A DNA stretch of 64,000 nucleotides. It comes from Epiperipatus broadwayi (Eukaryota; Animalia; Onychophora). Positions 1 to 12,232 of this stretch are shown one piece after another. Where the stretch lies: the NCBI GenBank assembly GCA_028023455.1, contig JAQFVV010000004.1, positions 18,166,001-18,230,000 of the forward strand, given 5' to 3'. How positions within the stretch are numbered: position 1 is the first letter of the stretch; each line of letters opens with the position of its first letter. Under the pieces are notes generated by a model. It had not been told where the DNA came from. It saw nothing but the letters and a program-made list of their open reading frames with translations, and made no database searches. A program made the position numbers and the translations under genes.

Positions 1-1500
1 AATTTATTTTCTGCTTTTCTTCTTAAGTCAGTGTAACTATTTTCGTTCCGATATAATTTTTTACTTTTTCTACATGCTGCTTTTTTTTTCCATCTCTTCA
101 CAATATGTTTGTTTGTTCTATTTAATTTCTGGATTTGTTAGGTTTTTTCTATCTTTTTATTATTATTATTAATTTTTTATTCACTCATTCTTTTTTCAAA
201 TCACAGTTTTGTAGGTTTTTTTGTCTCAATAAGCATGGTTTCTGTTTTTTCCACGATGAAAATTAAAAATCTTTTATTTTCCTATTTTTTATCTGAATTA
301 TGTATTGATTACACTTCTTATAAGGCATTACTTTGTCTCCATATTTTTTTTAGTAATGATGGTTTCCATTTGCAGACCTTGGTTTCACATGCCCATCCAC
401 TTCTTAATAATGGTGATTATAATTATTATTATGTTTATGATTAAAAGTTTGTTTACCATCACAATTCTAACATTATATTATTACTAGTTTTCTCCATACT
501 GATGAGAATACAATTTTCACATATTTGAACTCATTTGTTTACAATTTCATTTCATTTTTATTTTAATTTTTTCTTTTCTTTTTATTTTACTTCTATCCCT
601 GAAGAAATTCCTTAGTATTTTGTTCATAGTTCATTTAAATCTTTAAAATCCTTATGCCAAAATAACACAAATAAACTATATATTAAATCTTCTTGCCTTT
701 TATGTCTAGTCATATATAATATTTACCTAAAATAACTGGAAAAATATACAAAAAATCCTAATTGCATAACGAATTGACAATTCAATTCAATTTCAAGCTA
801 TTTATTTTATATTCGTTCTGCAATAATTATATAGAAGTGCTTCCAATTTTCCTAGGTTGTCTAAAATTTATAAAAAAAGATATTTAAACAATCACAAAAT
901 TGTAATATTTTTTATGTACATTATATACATGTTTATATGATGTCTTATGATAATCTTTTAAGTTCTTCTGAAAAACTTCAATACCTTATCTAATAGTATT
1001 TCTCTATTATATTTTATCCATAGTTATATTCACACCACAAAAACAAACAATATAGAATGATTTTAATATAATATTTATAACTTAAATAGGATTTAACTTT
1101 TTTGTTAAAATTATGCTCAAGTTCACCAGAAAATACTTTTGTAAGAAGTCAGTTTTATTTATTTTTTCATGTATGCAATCCAACATAAGTATATCTTTAT
1201 ATTAGTAGATTCAATAAACACTATTATCTACAAAGCTGAAGAATATGGTTATTGGAGTTAAGATTTTAAACTGCAGTATTTTCCGAATAGTACAGAACAA
1301 TCTTAAGTCATATTTTCCCCAGTATCTTTATGTTTTGTTGGTAAGGGATCCTGTCTTATTACTATATATTAAATTTGATGAATAATAGCATATGTATAAT
1401 TAATTTAGATAAACTAGTCATATTACAATAGTAAAATATCTTATCTGAAGTAAATTATTGAAGTCTGTAGTACCTAATATAAAAAGAATCTGTGTTTCAT
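1..1500 (-). mobile_element. Highly decayed non-LTR retrotransposon (RT) remnant
   Basis: Purine-rich minus strand with broken RT-like fragments near 1100-1360 (RQDPL ~ RQGDPLSP; FVDNSVY ~ YADD). Many stops; boundaries approximate. Confidence 0.3.
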
Positions 1501-1629
1501 TTTAAAGTATAACTTTGCCTTTCTAGCTAAAAGCTAACAAGATATTGACAAAGTACCCAATTTTTTTTTAATTTTTTTTTTTAAAAATCTAATTTATTAT
1601 ATAACATTATGTATAAAAATGAATTATAT

Positions 1630-1977
1630 AAACAAAGCAAAACTCTCCATACAGTATTGCCACCCTGTGCCAACCAGAGTAATCAATAAATGCCAGAAGG
1701 CTTGTGCATAAAATCCCTATCTAATGCCTACTCATCCAATATCCCCAGACTAGTTTCTGGCTTGTGGCCATCATCAGTGAGGAGCTTTGGATCTGTGAGC
1801 ACTGCACCTAGATCTTAGGATCTAATGCAACCCTCCAGCACCCACCTTTTATCTCTACTTAACTACAAAACTATAAGAATGAAATTGAAAACACAAAAAT
1901 ATTTTCAATCTAAGCTCAATAACGTATATAGTCATTGTTTATAAACAATTATGTGCTAGTATAAGATAGTGATCATG
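1630..1977 (-). mobile_element. Family A hammerhead-containing short retroelement, copy 1
   Basis: Homologous to 26950-27474 and 30271-30477. Flanked by a 10-bp direct repeat TGAATTATAT (1620-1629 and 1978-1987). Non-coding. Confidence 0.8.
1734..1792 (-). ncRNA. Type I hammerhead ribozyme (family A)
   Basis: Minus strand reads ATCCAA AGC TCCTCA CTGATGA TGGC-CACAA-GCCA GAA ACTAGT C / TGGGGA TA TTGGAT. It has the full catalytic core, a 4-bp stem II, palindromic stem III ACTAGT, a GUC cleavage triplet and a two-part stem I (6+6 bp). Confidence 0.85.
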
Positions 1978-3212
1978 TGAATTATATTGTATAAATTCTT
2001 CTTTAAATTGGAAAAACTAAGACAATAATCAACATACTGTAAACCTTAAAATTATAAAGATAAATGTATTGTTTTGTTTTTCATCTAATCACACTCTGCA
2101 TTTTATCCTGATAACTACTTTATGAATCTGACTATAAGTCATTCTAAAAATCAATGTCACAAAGATGGAAAATATAATTAGACTGAACATATATAAGTAT
2201 TTAATATCAGTTGTCGTATCAAACATCTTAAAGTTTTACATCTAAAATCATAATACTTTTTTACATACTCCCATGTGAGGAGCTATGTAATATGAATAAA
2301 GCTTTACAGACAACAAACTATGCTATCTTTCCTTATACATTGTATTTGATTCCAAGACTTTCCATGGATACCTGATATTATGAATAATAGTTAACATTAT
2401 AATATATATATATATTTAATTTATACTTTATATGTTACAATTTAATTTAAAAAATATAAAACAAAAATAATAACAAAAATAATTAACAAAAATAGAGTAA
2501 TTCCGTTTTAAAAAGTTAGTGCAATAATATTTTAGAATCAACAACTTCGTGATCAATAAAGTGAATGCTGATTGAGAGCATAAATACAAGGAATTGACAC
2601 ACAAAAAAGAGAGAAACGATTCTTTACAACAGTTCTCATGCAGGCACCTGAACAAAAAACTTATGAATTTAAATTTACACATTTTTAACTTTAATTGTTA
2701 TCAATATTTTTTTCAAATTCTGGATTGTTGATACTGTGAGTGGTAGTCCATGGTTACAAAAAGACTGCTCAATTTTCAATCATCGGTGCAAATTTTCTTA
2801 TAAATCATATATGTTCTCAATACATTTATTTTTGTATTTGCTTGACATAAAAACTTTAATAAAATTTTCAAGTATTTTGGGAATCACTTTTCTACTGCTG
2901 AAAGCAATGTATTTAATAAACTCTTTGAAAGTTAATTTGTTGAAATAGATTACCAATGAGATAATAGAAGATATTTGTTGAATACATCACTACTATATCT
3001 TATAGTTTTTCAGTTTTTAAATAGCTGTTTTAGCTTCATCAGCAGAATATTTTCACTTCTAAATAAATTGTTAAAATCGATATTGAAATATTAAAATCAG
3101 TCATTTGAATTTTGTTTCGTTATTCAAAAAATTAAAAATACTTCCTTATCGGTTTCATTATTACATAAAACATTGCCATCTAAGGATTTTAAAAGATTGG
3201 GATATTGTTTTT

Positions 3213-3311
3213 TTTTTTTTTTTAAGTGTCATAGCATCGGCCGGGACGCGAACCCGCAACCCGGGCAACTGCCTGCTAGTGCAAGGCAGTCGCACTGACC
3301 TCTCGACCACC
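3213..3311 (-). mobile_element. tRNA-derived short SINE, copy 1 (slightly 5'-truncated)
   Basis: A-box-like TGGTCGAGAGG, B-box-like GGTTCGCGTCC, poly-A tail, TSD ATATTGTTTTT (3202-3212 and 3312-3322). Confidence 0.85.
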
Positions 3312-5520
3312 ATATTGTTTTTCACTTCCATATTTTTGCTTTTATAATATATATATAAGTAGATTTTAAAAGCTATAAGAAACACGTACAAATTCTTTTT
3401 TATATGTTGAAAATTGTTTAGGAAGGCTTGAAAGAATCGTGCAAAAGGAAAAAAAATATATATATATATTGAGAATACTTAACATGTTATGAAATTTATT
3501 TTAAAAAACATGAATTAATTCATATAAAAAAGATTTCTTTTATTGTAATTTGTCTATAGAAGACCTTTATTTAAAAAAAAAAATACTAACCCAACATGAA
3601 ATAATTTATACAGAAAAAATAACCTTTTTGTTGTAATTTTTATTAAATATATCATTATCAATAAATAACCTATCCCCTTTGTACTTTTAATCCATCACCA
3701 TTCTTAAAAAAATTTTGTACTACTTCTGCCTTTAAATCTTATATTGCTCGGGATAGTCTACATTTATTTTATCAGCCAAGAATGCTATATGCTTCCTTTT
3801 ACAAGCTATTAATGTATATATATGATATAAATGTACTACTCTCAGCAGTTTTATTTTATAAGACAGTCCATTATTAGTTCGCAATTCTTTTTTTTTTCAG
3901 TGATCAATATTTTAAGAAATGTATATATTAAATAGTTATTTTTCAGCAATAAATTTAAAAATATCTTAATTAATCGCATTACTTATTTATTGCAGCTATT
4001 TGACCAATATTACCACTTCATTGTGAAAGTATTTTACATCCAGATAACTATACATAATGTGTACGTGCAGCAAGAGTCGCTGATAAAAAGTGTTAAAAAA
4101 ATATTTGCTACATCTATAGACATTAGAGCGTAGCTTTTTAGGTCGATAAAAATTCTTTAAGTCTATACATATAATAATAAGGTTTTTTTGGCGAATAAAA
4201 AAATAATTTTCCATGTTTCTTCATTTCCAAAAATTAGGGGTGAAGGGTAGAAATGTGAACTGTTTAGAAAACATTTTTCTAACAATAGTTGATTATTTTG
4301 CGAGAGTGCTGGTGTATTCCACAATTGAAAATTTTATTCTGCCGCAAAATGAATATATGTTTATGCACATATACAAAATAAAAATAGAAACAAAGATGCA
4401 AAGATGTTTAATGCCATAATACTTTATTTAGAGAGAATTAAATCAATTAAATTCTCTTTCTTTAGAAAATAGCAAATTTATGTAGAAATAATAAAAGCCT
4501 TTATATCAAAAGACTGATTACTGAAATCGGTTTGAAAGAAACATTCTTTTGCTTTTATTAATTGTTTAAGGTTTGTTTTGGTATTTCAAAGGGTTGTGGT
4601 CAGATTCACTGATGATGATGGTGATAATATTAATAATATATGAATGGTTTATAATTCCAGCCCCTGCCACTCATCCCTTGCATTAAACGACTAAGGATAT
4701 ACTCATTGGTGATAGATCATTTTAGAAAGCTTCGGCCTGAGTAACTGTCAATAATGAACTTGATGGTACCGTGATGATGATGATAGATTCATCACTAAAA
4801 TATTTGCACACATACATTTTAATGATGTGATTTCATTAAAATGTATAATATATTTTTAAAATTGAGATGCTAAAATAAAAGCAATGACCCTCAACCACTG
4901 ACAATGTTCGAATGCTAGATACTTTTATGAAGAAATCCTACACACGCACACATACATATAAAATAATAATGAATATAATGGTGATAATATATTTATAAAA
5001 ACTATAATAAACCATAGAAATACTTAATCACTTCTCATATGGTTTGTTATAGTTTGTATAAATATAGTACACTGTTATATTCATTATTATTTTTTATTAC
5101 AATATTTATTCCGTAATGTACATTTTATTTTATATATATCATTGTCAGTTTCAGTTTTAATATCTGATGACAATTTGATTTGAATAGCATTCAACATATT
5201 CATAAAATTTTCAACATAATACAGAAAGTAATTTAGATTTGCTTTCTTCTGCAGTTTGAAAATGATATGATAATTATTATACAATCGGGATCAATGGACT
5301 GCTATTGAGCTGCTGTCCAACATAGATATTATTAACAAGACAGAAACAATAAGCTCTTAAGTAAGTGGATCATCAAAGTTTATCACGTGGAACTCTAAAT
5401 TAAAAACGATGGAATAAGGAGATAACAAAAAATTGCAAACTATCCCTGTAGTGGATACCTTGTTGCTCAATAATCTCAACTTGCCTTTGTAGACAGAAAA
5501 CAAAATATCATCAACAGAAG

Positions 5521-7010
5521 CATCATCATTTTAATTCATTATCAATCCACTGCAAGATGAAGGTAACTCCAAGATTAATCCAGTTTTTGTGATCTTAGCT
5601 TCTCCTCTTCACATCATATCAACAAACTTCTTTATTTCATCTTTCCATCTCACATGCATCCTCTTTCTAGATCTTTTACATCTCTTGGGGGATAGTTTTA
5701 AGAAATCAATTGCCCATCTATCATCTCTTCCAGCAATAAGTCCAGTTCAGTTCTATTAAGTTTATTAATTTTTACAATGGTGTCAATGATAACTGTTTGC
5801 TTTTTCACTCATTTATTTTGTCTTCAAAACTTTCTTATTACTCCAAAAATATATCTCTTCATATTTTGTTGAGTAGTCAGAAGGTTCTGTATTACTCTTC
5901 TGATAAGTGAGTCTTAGATCCATAAATAAGAACTGGTAATATATATCTATTAAAACTTTTTTTCTTTTTCAAAATACATAGACATTTTTTTTAATATTAG
6001 GTTATTTCTATTAAAAACACATCCAAGTTTAATGCTATGATTAATTTCATCCATTATGTTTATATTTGTATTTATAATATGACTTAGATATTTGTAATTG
6101 TTTACTTTTTCTAATTCATGATTATCAATCTTTTTTTTTCTTGTGAAAAAGCCATTGAACACTACTTTATTCCTTTTAGTATTTATTTTAGTGATTTTCT
6201 TATTTTTATAAATCTGATAATATTTGCAACATTTTTTGTAACTCTGATAATTATTGCAACATAGCAAAAAAATATTTGCAAAATATAGGTGACTTAAATA
6301 ACTTCCATTTACTTATAGTCCTTTAGCTTCTTATTTTAATCCATAAAATACTTCTTGTAAAACTCTGGTAAAAAGTTTTGGAGATATCATTTTAGTACCA
6401 CTATGTAATGAAGCCACTCTCATGCCTTTTGATAAATATTCTTCAAATATGACAATATTCTAGGCTATCTTTATGGTCCAAAGCTTTAATCACGGTGGAA
6501 ATGTATATAGAATCAAATACCCTTTCATAATCTATAAAACTAAAACATAATGTTACCTCTTATTTATTGGTTCTTTCTATAAATTCTTTCAATATATGTA
6601 TGTAGTCCACTGTGCTAAAACCACTTTTAAATCTAGCTTGGTTTTTGGTTGATTTGAATTCAAAATTTGCTGTGAACAAATTATAATTATCTTAGTAAAG
6701 AATTGATAGAGGCAGATAGGTCTGCCATTTCTATTACTGTATATGTTTTTATTATCTTTCTGAAATGTCAATATTATTGATGCATTCTTCATGTCATCTG
6801 GTAAACACTTAGTATGTATTTCTTCTAACAGTTTATCTATTTATTCACCTGATTCTTTTAAATTATGATTCCAATTCCATCAGCACCGGTGCTTTTCTCT
6901 TCTTCATAAATTTAATTGCACCTCTCACTTCTTCATTTAAAATGCTTATCATTTCAAAAGATGTAGAAATTGCAGGCTTACTTTGTTCTTTATTACTTAA
7001 TAATTATTTT
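5521..7010 (-). mobile_element. Degenerate RTE LINE fragment (RT to 3' end)
   Basis: Colinear with the RTE at 21050-22600, with the same 3' end (atcaatccactgca..gatgaagg) and a (GAT)n tail. ORF fragments HELEKVNNYKYLSHIINT and GRPICLYQFFTKII. Confidence 0.85.
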
Positions 7011-7039
7011 AATATATGAATTTTTTTTCTACAATACAG

Positions 7040-7195
7040 GCTTTTTCATACCTGCACTCCCTGGTTTGAACTCAGACTTTCACACGACTCTCAATTATCC
7101 ATGCACTTGATCACACGTATTTTGTGCTAAACCAACACTCGTCAGTTGGTCCAGGTTACCATCTCCACACATATAAACAATCAATGTTCAGCTAA
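7040..7195 (-). mobile_element. Family B hammerhead-type element fragment nested in the old RTE
   Basis: Minus strand CCAA CTGACGA GTGTT-GGTTT-AGCAC AAAA TACGTG (GAAA decayed to AAAA). Shares the gtgtgaaagtctgagttc end with the other family B copies. Confidence 0.65.
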
Positions 7196-7789
7196 TTATT
7201 TGTAAAATCTTTATATACATTTCATAATATCATTCTTATTTTTAATAATAGTTCCTTTTTTTTCTTTTGTTGAAATTACCCCTCTCCCCCTCAAACTAAA
7301 ATATTGTTTTATATTTTTGAAAGTTTCTTTTTTATATATAGCTTTTTTTGACAGAAATCAATAATTCTATTAAGAACAGTAACAATTGAAATAAGATAAT
7401 ATATGAAAAAATAAGAAATTTAGAAGTATTTAAAAGTGATCCATTAGAAGAATGAATGTATAGAATTCTGTAAAATGGTTCTTAAAAAAATCAATAATGA
7501 TATTAAAAAAATAGAACTGTAATATTGGTTAAATTTGACCTATTTTCAAGATCTGTTAATATTGTAAAACGATTATCAAGTTTTAATTTAAATTCATTGC
7601 AGAGTTTCTAAAGATTAAGATGTCAACTGTTATTTCTGCCTTTTTTAATAGTTTTTGTCTCTTTAGTTTTGTATTTAAAAAGTATATCACATCTTACGCG
7701 ATGATGACTGCTTTGAATCTATTAAGAACATTAGAATGTTACAACATATTTTATGTTAACCAAAATATAATCCAATTCTCTTGTGCCTT

Positions 7790-8340
7790 CATTTAGATAT
7801 TTCTATTTAGCATTATTCTAAAAAAAAAGGATCCTAAAATACAATTTTTCTTTTTCTGCAAATTCCATAACCCTACTTCTTTCATTTCTATCAGCATAGA
7901 CAAATTTACCCACCTCACTCTCATACTTTCAATTTAAACATTAAAGTTTATCTGACAAATTAAAAATGTTGTTTGGTCTGAGTACATTTATATAAAAATT
8001 CTCTATTTCTTCACAATGAGAACATGTTGGGACTCTGTATTTGATAATTTCTAATAAGTTGAGTAACTAAACTTGCCAATCTATCTATTAAGTTACCAAG
8101 TTCCACAGTATTGTCTCTTCATTTTTTATTTATAATGAATTGCAATCCATTTGTTCTTCCAGTATTTGTGCTTTTATAGTAAAATACATGTCCACAATTC
8201 AAATCAATTGTTTCTCCACCTTTTTTTTTTTAACATCAAGACTAGCAATATCCCATTTAATATTAGAAAGTTCTTCCAATTCATTTTTTAGATAACTAAA
8301 TAAAAAGTCATTCAATGGGTAGTCTGGGTTCCGCATAGAT
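7790..8340 (-). mobile_element. Degenerate RTE fragment (APE endonuclease region), probably the 5' part of the 5521-7010 copy
   Basis: Matches 23300-23830 (cacaatgagaacatgttggg; aatatcccatttaatattagaaagttcttc). Confidence 0.7.
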
Positions 8341-9064
8341 CCATACAATAAGTTATTTAAAAATAATAATAATAATTTTTTTATTTTAAAAAAAAGAGGG
8401 GTGGGGTCGTTAAATCCAAGACAAAAATATATAAAACATTGTTTTAGACAGCTAAAAACAATATGATTTTGGTGTGGGGATATAAATTAGCAAATGAAAA
8501 ATATTACATCCTTTTACTTCAAATTTTCAAACTTGTATAAACAAATTTTATGAACGCAAGCAGAGCACACACTCGCACATATAACATGTTCAATTCTTAT
8601 GCTTGTTTTATTTATCTGAATCAACTGCACTTATTCAATACTTATATCTGGTTTACATCAGAAAAAAAACAATTTTTATATTGTGTAACATTTAAATACT
8701 CAATATGTGTATATTTTCATGAGATGTATATCTAAAAAATAAAAGAAAAAAAACTGAATTACTGCAAATTGAATTAAATACAGTTTTTTTTCTCCCCAAT
8801 TTTTCATTCTCCCTATCAAAAATGTTGGGAAAAAATAATGAAAATACTTGATTCAGAAAAAATAAAGCGAAAGTAGTAGAATAATAAAATTTGAATATTC
8901 CAGTATATTTTATTTTACTGACATTGAATCAAATGGAAAAAGAAGAAGAAAGTCTAAAGATATTTTAAATATATAAATAAATATACTTATACACGCATAT
9001 ATTCGTTTTGCATTGTTTATGCTGACAAAGTTTAGAAGTTCGGTAGTCAAAGGAACCAAATAAT

Positions 9065-9949
9065 GGTACTGTGGTATTAGAGCTGCGACATGAAGAATTA
9101 TAATCGGTTAATCATTAAATTAATTAGGTTATTAAATCAAAAACATATTTTAAAATCTATATATATATATAAAAAAACAATTTAACAAAAAAAAAAATGA
9201 AAAGCATTAATGTGAAGAATAGTTAAAATGCATGTTTAAATCAAATCGAGTGTGTGTTTACACGTGCATATTCTGCATAATCTATTTTAATACATTGTAC
9301 ACGCTTACACCTGCATTTATATATGTAATATATGCGGGATTCGAACTCAGAGTTTCACACGACCTACAACTCTCAGTGCCATCTTATTTTGCTGACTCAC
9401 CTGATTACACACATGTTGAAAAGATAAATAATTATCAATAGGCGAATTTCGTGCTAAACCAGCACTTATTAAAGTATGAAGATTGGTTATATAAAACTGA
9501 GTACTAATTGTATATATGTGCGGAGATGGTAATCTGAACCAACTGATGAATGCTGGTTTAGCACGAAATTCGTCTATTGGTGATTATTTATCTTTTCAAC
9601 ATGTGTGTAATCAGGTGAGTCAGCAAAATAAGATGGCACTGAGAGTAGGTCGTGTGAAACTCTGAGTTCGAATCCCGCATATATTACATATATAAATGCA
9701 GGTGTAAGCCTGTATAATGTATTAAAATAGATTATGCAGAATATGCACGTGCAAACAAACACTCAATTTGATTTAAAGACGCATTTTAACTATTCTTCAC
9801 ATTAATGCTTTTCGTATTTTTTTTTTTTTTGTTAAATTGGTTTGTTTTTTTTTAATGTAGATTTTAAAATATGTTTTTGATTTAATAACCTAATTAATTT
9901 AATGATTAAACGATTATAATTCTTCATGTCGCAGCTCTAATACCACAGC
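9065..9949. mobile_element. 885-bp palindromic family B insertion (head-to-head copies) with TSD
   Basis: Arms ~9069-9466 and ~9551-9948 are highly similar reverse complements. The whole unit is flanked by AACCAAATAAT (9054-9064 and 9950-9960). This explains the twin ORFs 9232+ and 9574-. Confidence 0.85.
9529..9587 (+). ncRNA. Type I hammerhead motif (family B), partly degenerate
   Basis: GTAATC TGA ACCAA CTGATGA ATGCT-GGTTT-AGCAC GAAA TTCGTC TA / TTGGT GATTAT. Core is intact but there are mismatches at the base of stem II (A.C) and in stem III. Confidence 0.6.
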
Positions 9950-12187
9950 AACCAAATAATCAATCAAAAATTATAACTGGTCGAATTTTCTTTAATAGAG
10001 AGTACAAGAGTTTTGCAAAAGTCAAATTTCAATTCTTTTCGGTTAAATGTTTTATTTACTTTGGGTTATATTTCTGTTGTAATCTCTAAAAGATCATATG
10101 CTGAACTGAAATACTTAAGTTTCTTAGCCTCAAACCCATATACACTTTGACATTTCTAAAAAAAAAAAAAATGATAATTTTTGGTTTCAAAGATATATTG
10201 ATATGAGAAATATTTTAATTAAATTGATATATATATATTGCTTTTTTTATCATTGCTGATACTTCTACCGACAATAATAAAAAGTGTCCGCAAATATGAG
10301 GACCATTCAAAGAGTTCCCAGAAATTGAAAATAAAAAGAGAGTAATTTCAAAATAATATAACATATTTTCACGTAGTGATGTTATAGAAAATTTAAATTA
10401 ATTTGCATCAATTATCTGTAAATATAGCACACTGTTTACAAATGATTTCTTGGTTTTAAAAAATTATTTTTTGAGAATATTTTGGTTCCTACTAATAACT
10501 TTTCCTCAAGACTTTGCGAAATCTCCAACTGACCCTGATTACAGTATATTAAATTTTAAATACAATTCTGATCCACGGCCCCCACCCCTCAATACTTTTT
10601 GCATTTGATAGCAAGCTCTTATAAATTCAGGTAAAACATCTCTAATCCCAAATCTATGATTTCAGATGTTTTTTGAATCTGCTGAGTTTTTTATATTCCA
10701 ATTTTTATATTCTTTCATTGTAATCCAAACTCTGTTAAGATAGGAATTAGTCTTATTATTTTATAAATATTTTATGAATGTTTTTTTCCTTTAATTTTAA
10801 TTGTAGATTTGTAAACAAAGTAATTTATTTATTGTAAACGTCATCTTTGAAATATTGTTTGAATAACAGAAGTTTCTGAATAATAATTATTTAGATCAAA
10901 GTTCTTATTATACTTTCAAAATCTTTATTGGTGATATATAAACAATCTAGAACGGTAATAAAATAATGTTGTCTGAACGTAGTACCTTTTTACCTATTAT
11001 CTGGATTCTGTCTTCAACCGTGCAATCAAATATACTGTAAAAAGGTTTTATTTCACTAATTTGTTTATATTCTTTAAATACAATGTAAATAATCTTAACC
11101 ATTTATAATAATAAAAATTATGATTTTTTTTCTCTTGATTTTTTTTCTGTGGGGATAGAAATAACTGTTATTAAAATCAAAACTATTAGCATGTTTCTAA
11201 ACGAAGAGAAAAATCCGTCAAACTTGAAATAAACTAATCTTTTTTTATTCACGGGACTTTTCAAAAACTTCCTTGCCGTAGGGTTTATTAGAAAAAGTTA
11301 AGAGGATTCTAGCGTTACCTATAACTATACAAAATGGCAATTGTGTATACCTAATTAATTTTAATTTTAAAAAAACTGCAAGTCAGATGAGTACAATTTA
11401 TTTTATCATAGTATTAAAAGCAATAAGGATATTGTTTATATTCTTTGAATTTATCATTTTTTAAAATGTTAATTGAGCGGCGCGAAAAGCAAAATTCATT
11501 AAGTGTATAATCTCTAGTCTAATGAATGACTAATAAAAATTATTAATACCTTATTTTATCTCTCAGTTTTTAAAGTTTTATTTAAATTTAGTAGTTTTCT
11601 CAGCCAATTAAAAATCATAATTATTATAACATTAATTTGCAATAAATACGAAATGCTGTTAGCCTTTAATTTAAGTAAGTTAATAAGCAGATTCATATTA
11701 TTAGTTAAATAACAATTATTGGTGCGTGCGAAAATATTTATGTGGTTCTTTATTTAATTAACAGAAAGAAAATACTGCTGTTGTGTGTACTATTATATTA
11801 TTCATTTTATTTTTTTTATTATTTCATTTAACAAAACTGTTTCAAGAAAAGTGAATAAGTTGCTTAGCAGAAAAAAAAGAGAAGTAATTTAAATATAGAT
11901 TTTAAATTTCTTTTCCACTGTTAAATACATATTACTCTTTATCCCTACTATTTTTATTTATTTTTAAATGGAAACCTTTACTTCTAGGGATTGTAAATCG
12001 CACAAGCAACAAATTTTAACTACCTCTCCCTCCAACAAAAAATAACAACAATAAATCTTTACAATATCTATTTATTTTATTTTAAACTATCGTGTAATAT
12101 AAATAAAAACTTAAGAGGCAAAAAACTCTATTGATCCATTTGTATTTTCGTTCACTAATAAATACTATTTCATTTACTACAAAAAAT

Positions 12188-12232
12188 GTGGGCGTAACTA
12201 AGATTCGATTGGTTGACAAAACAGTAACCAAT
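12188..12232 (+). promoter_or_regulatory. Candidate IRF core promoter elements (GC box plus two CCAAT boxes)
   Basis: GTGGGCGT 12188-12195, ATTGG 12208-12212, CCAAT 12228-12232. A donor GTAAGC at 12387 and an acceptor TTTCAG ending 12521 would give a short 5'UTR exon and a 135-nt intron. Confidence 0.35.

Noticed and set aside
2000-3100. pogo/Tigger-like transposase remnant on the minus strand
   Set aside because: Only vague fragments (YSADEAKTAI, HGLPLTV, NFLKRN), with no TIRs or DDD motif; needs TBLASTN.
9232-9762. Duplicated 62-69 aa ORFs as a small gene pair
   Set aside because: They are an artefact of the palindromic family B insertion and have no coding signature.
8865-11862. IRF-E/ISRE autoregulatory sites (AAAGCGAAAGT ~8866; GAAAAGTGAAT ~11847)
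   Set aside because: Imperfect A-rich matches expected by chance at this base composition.
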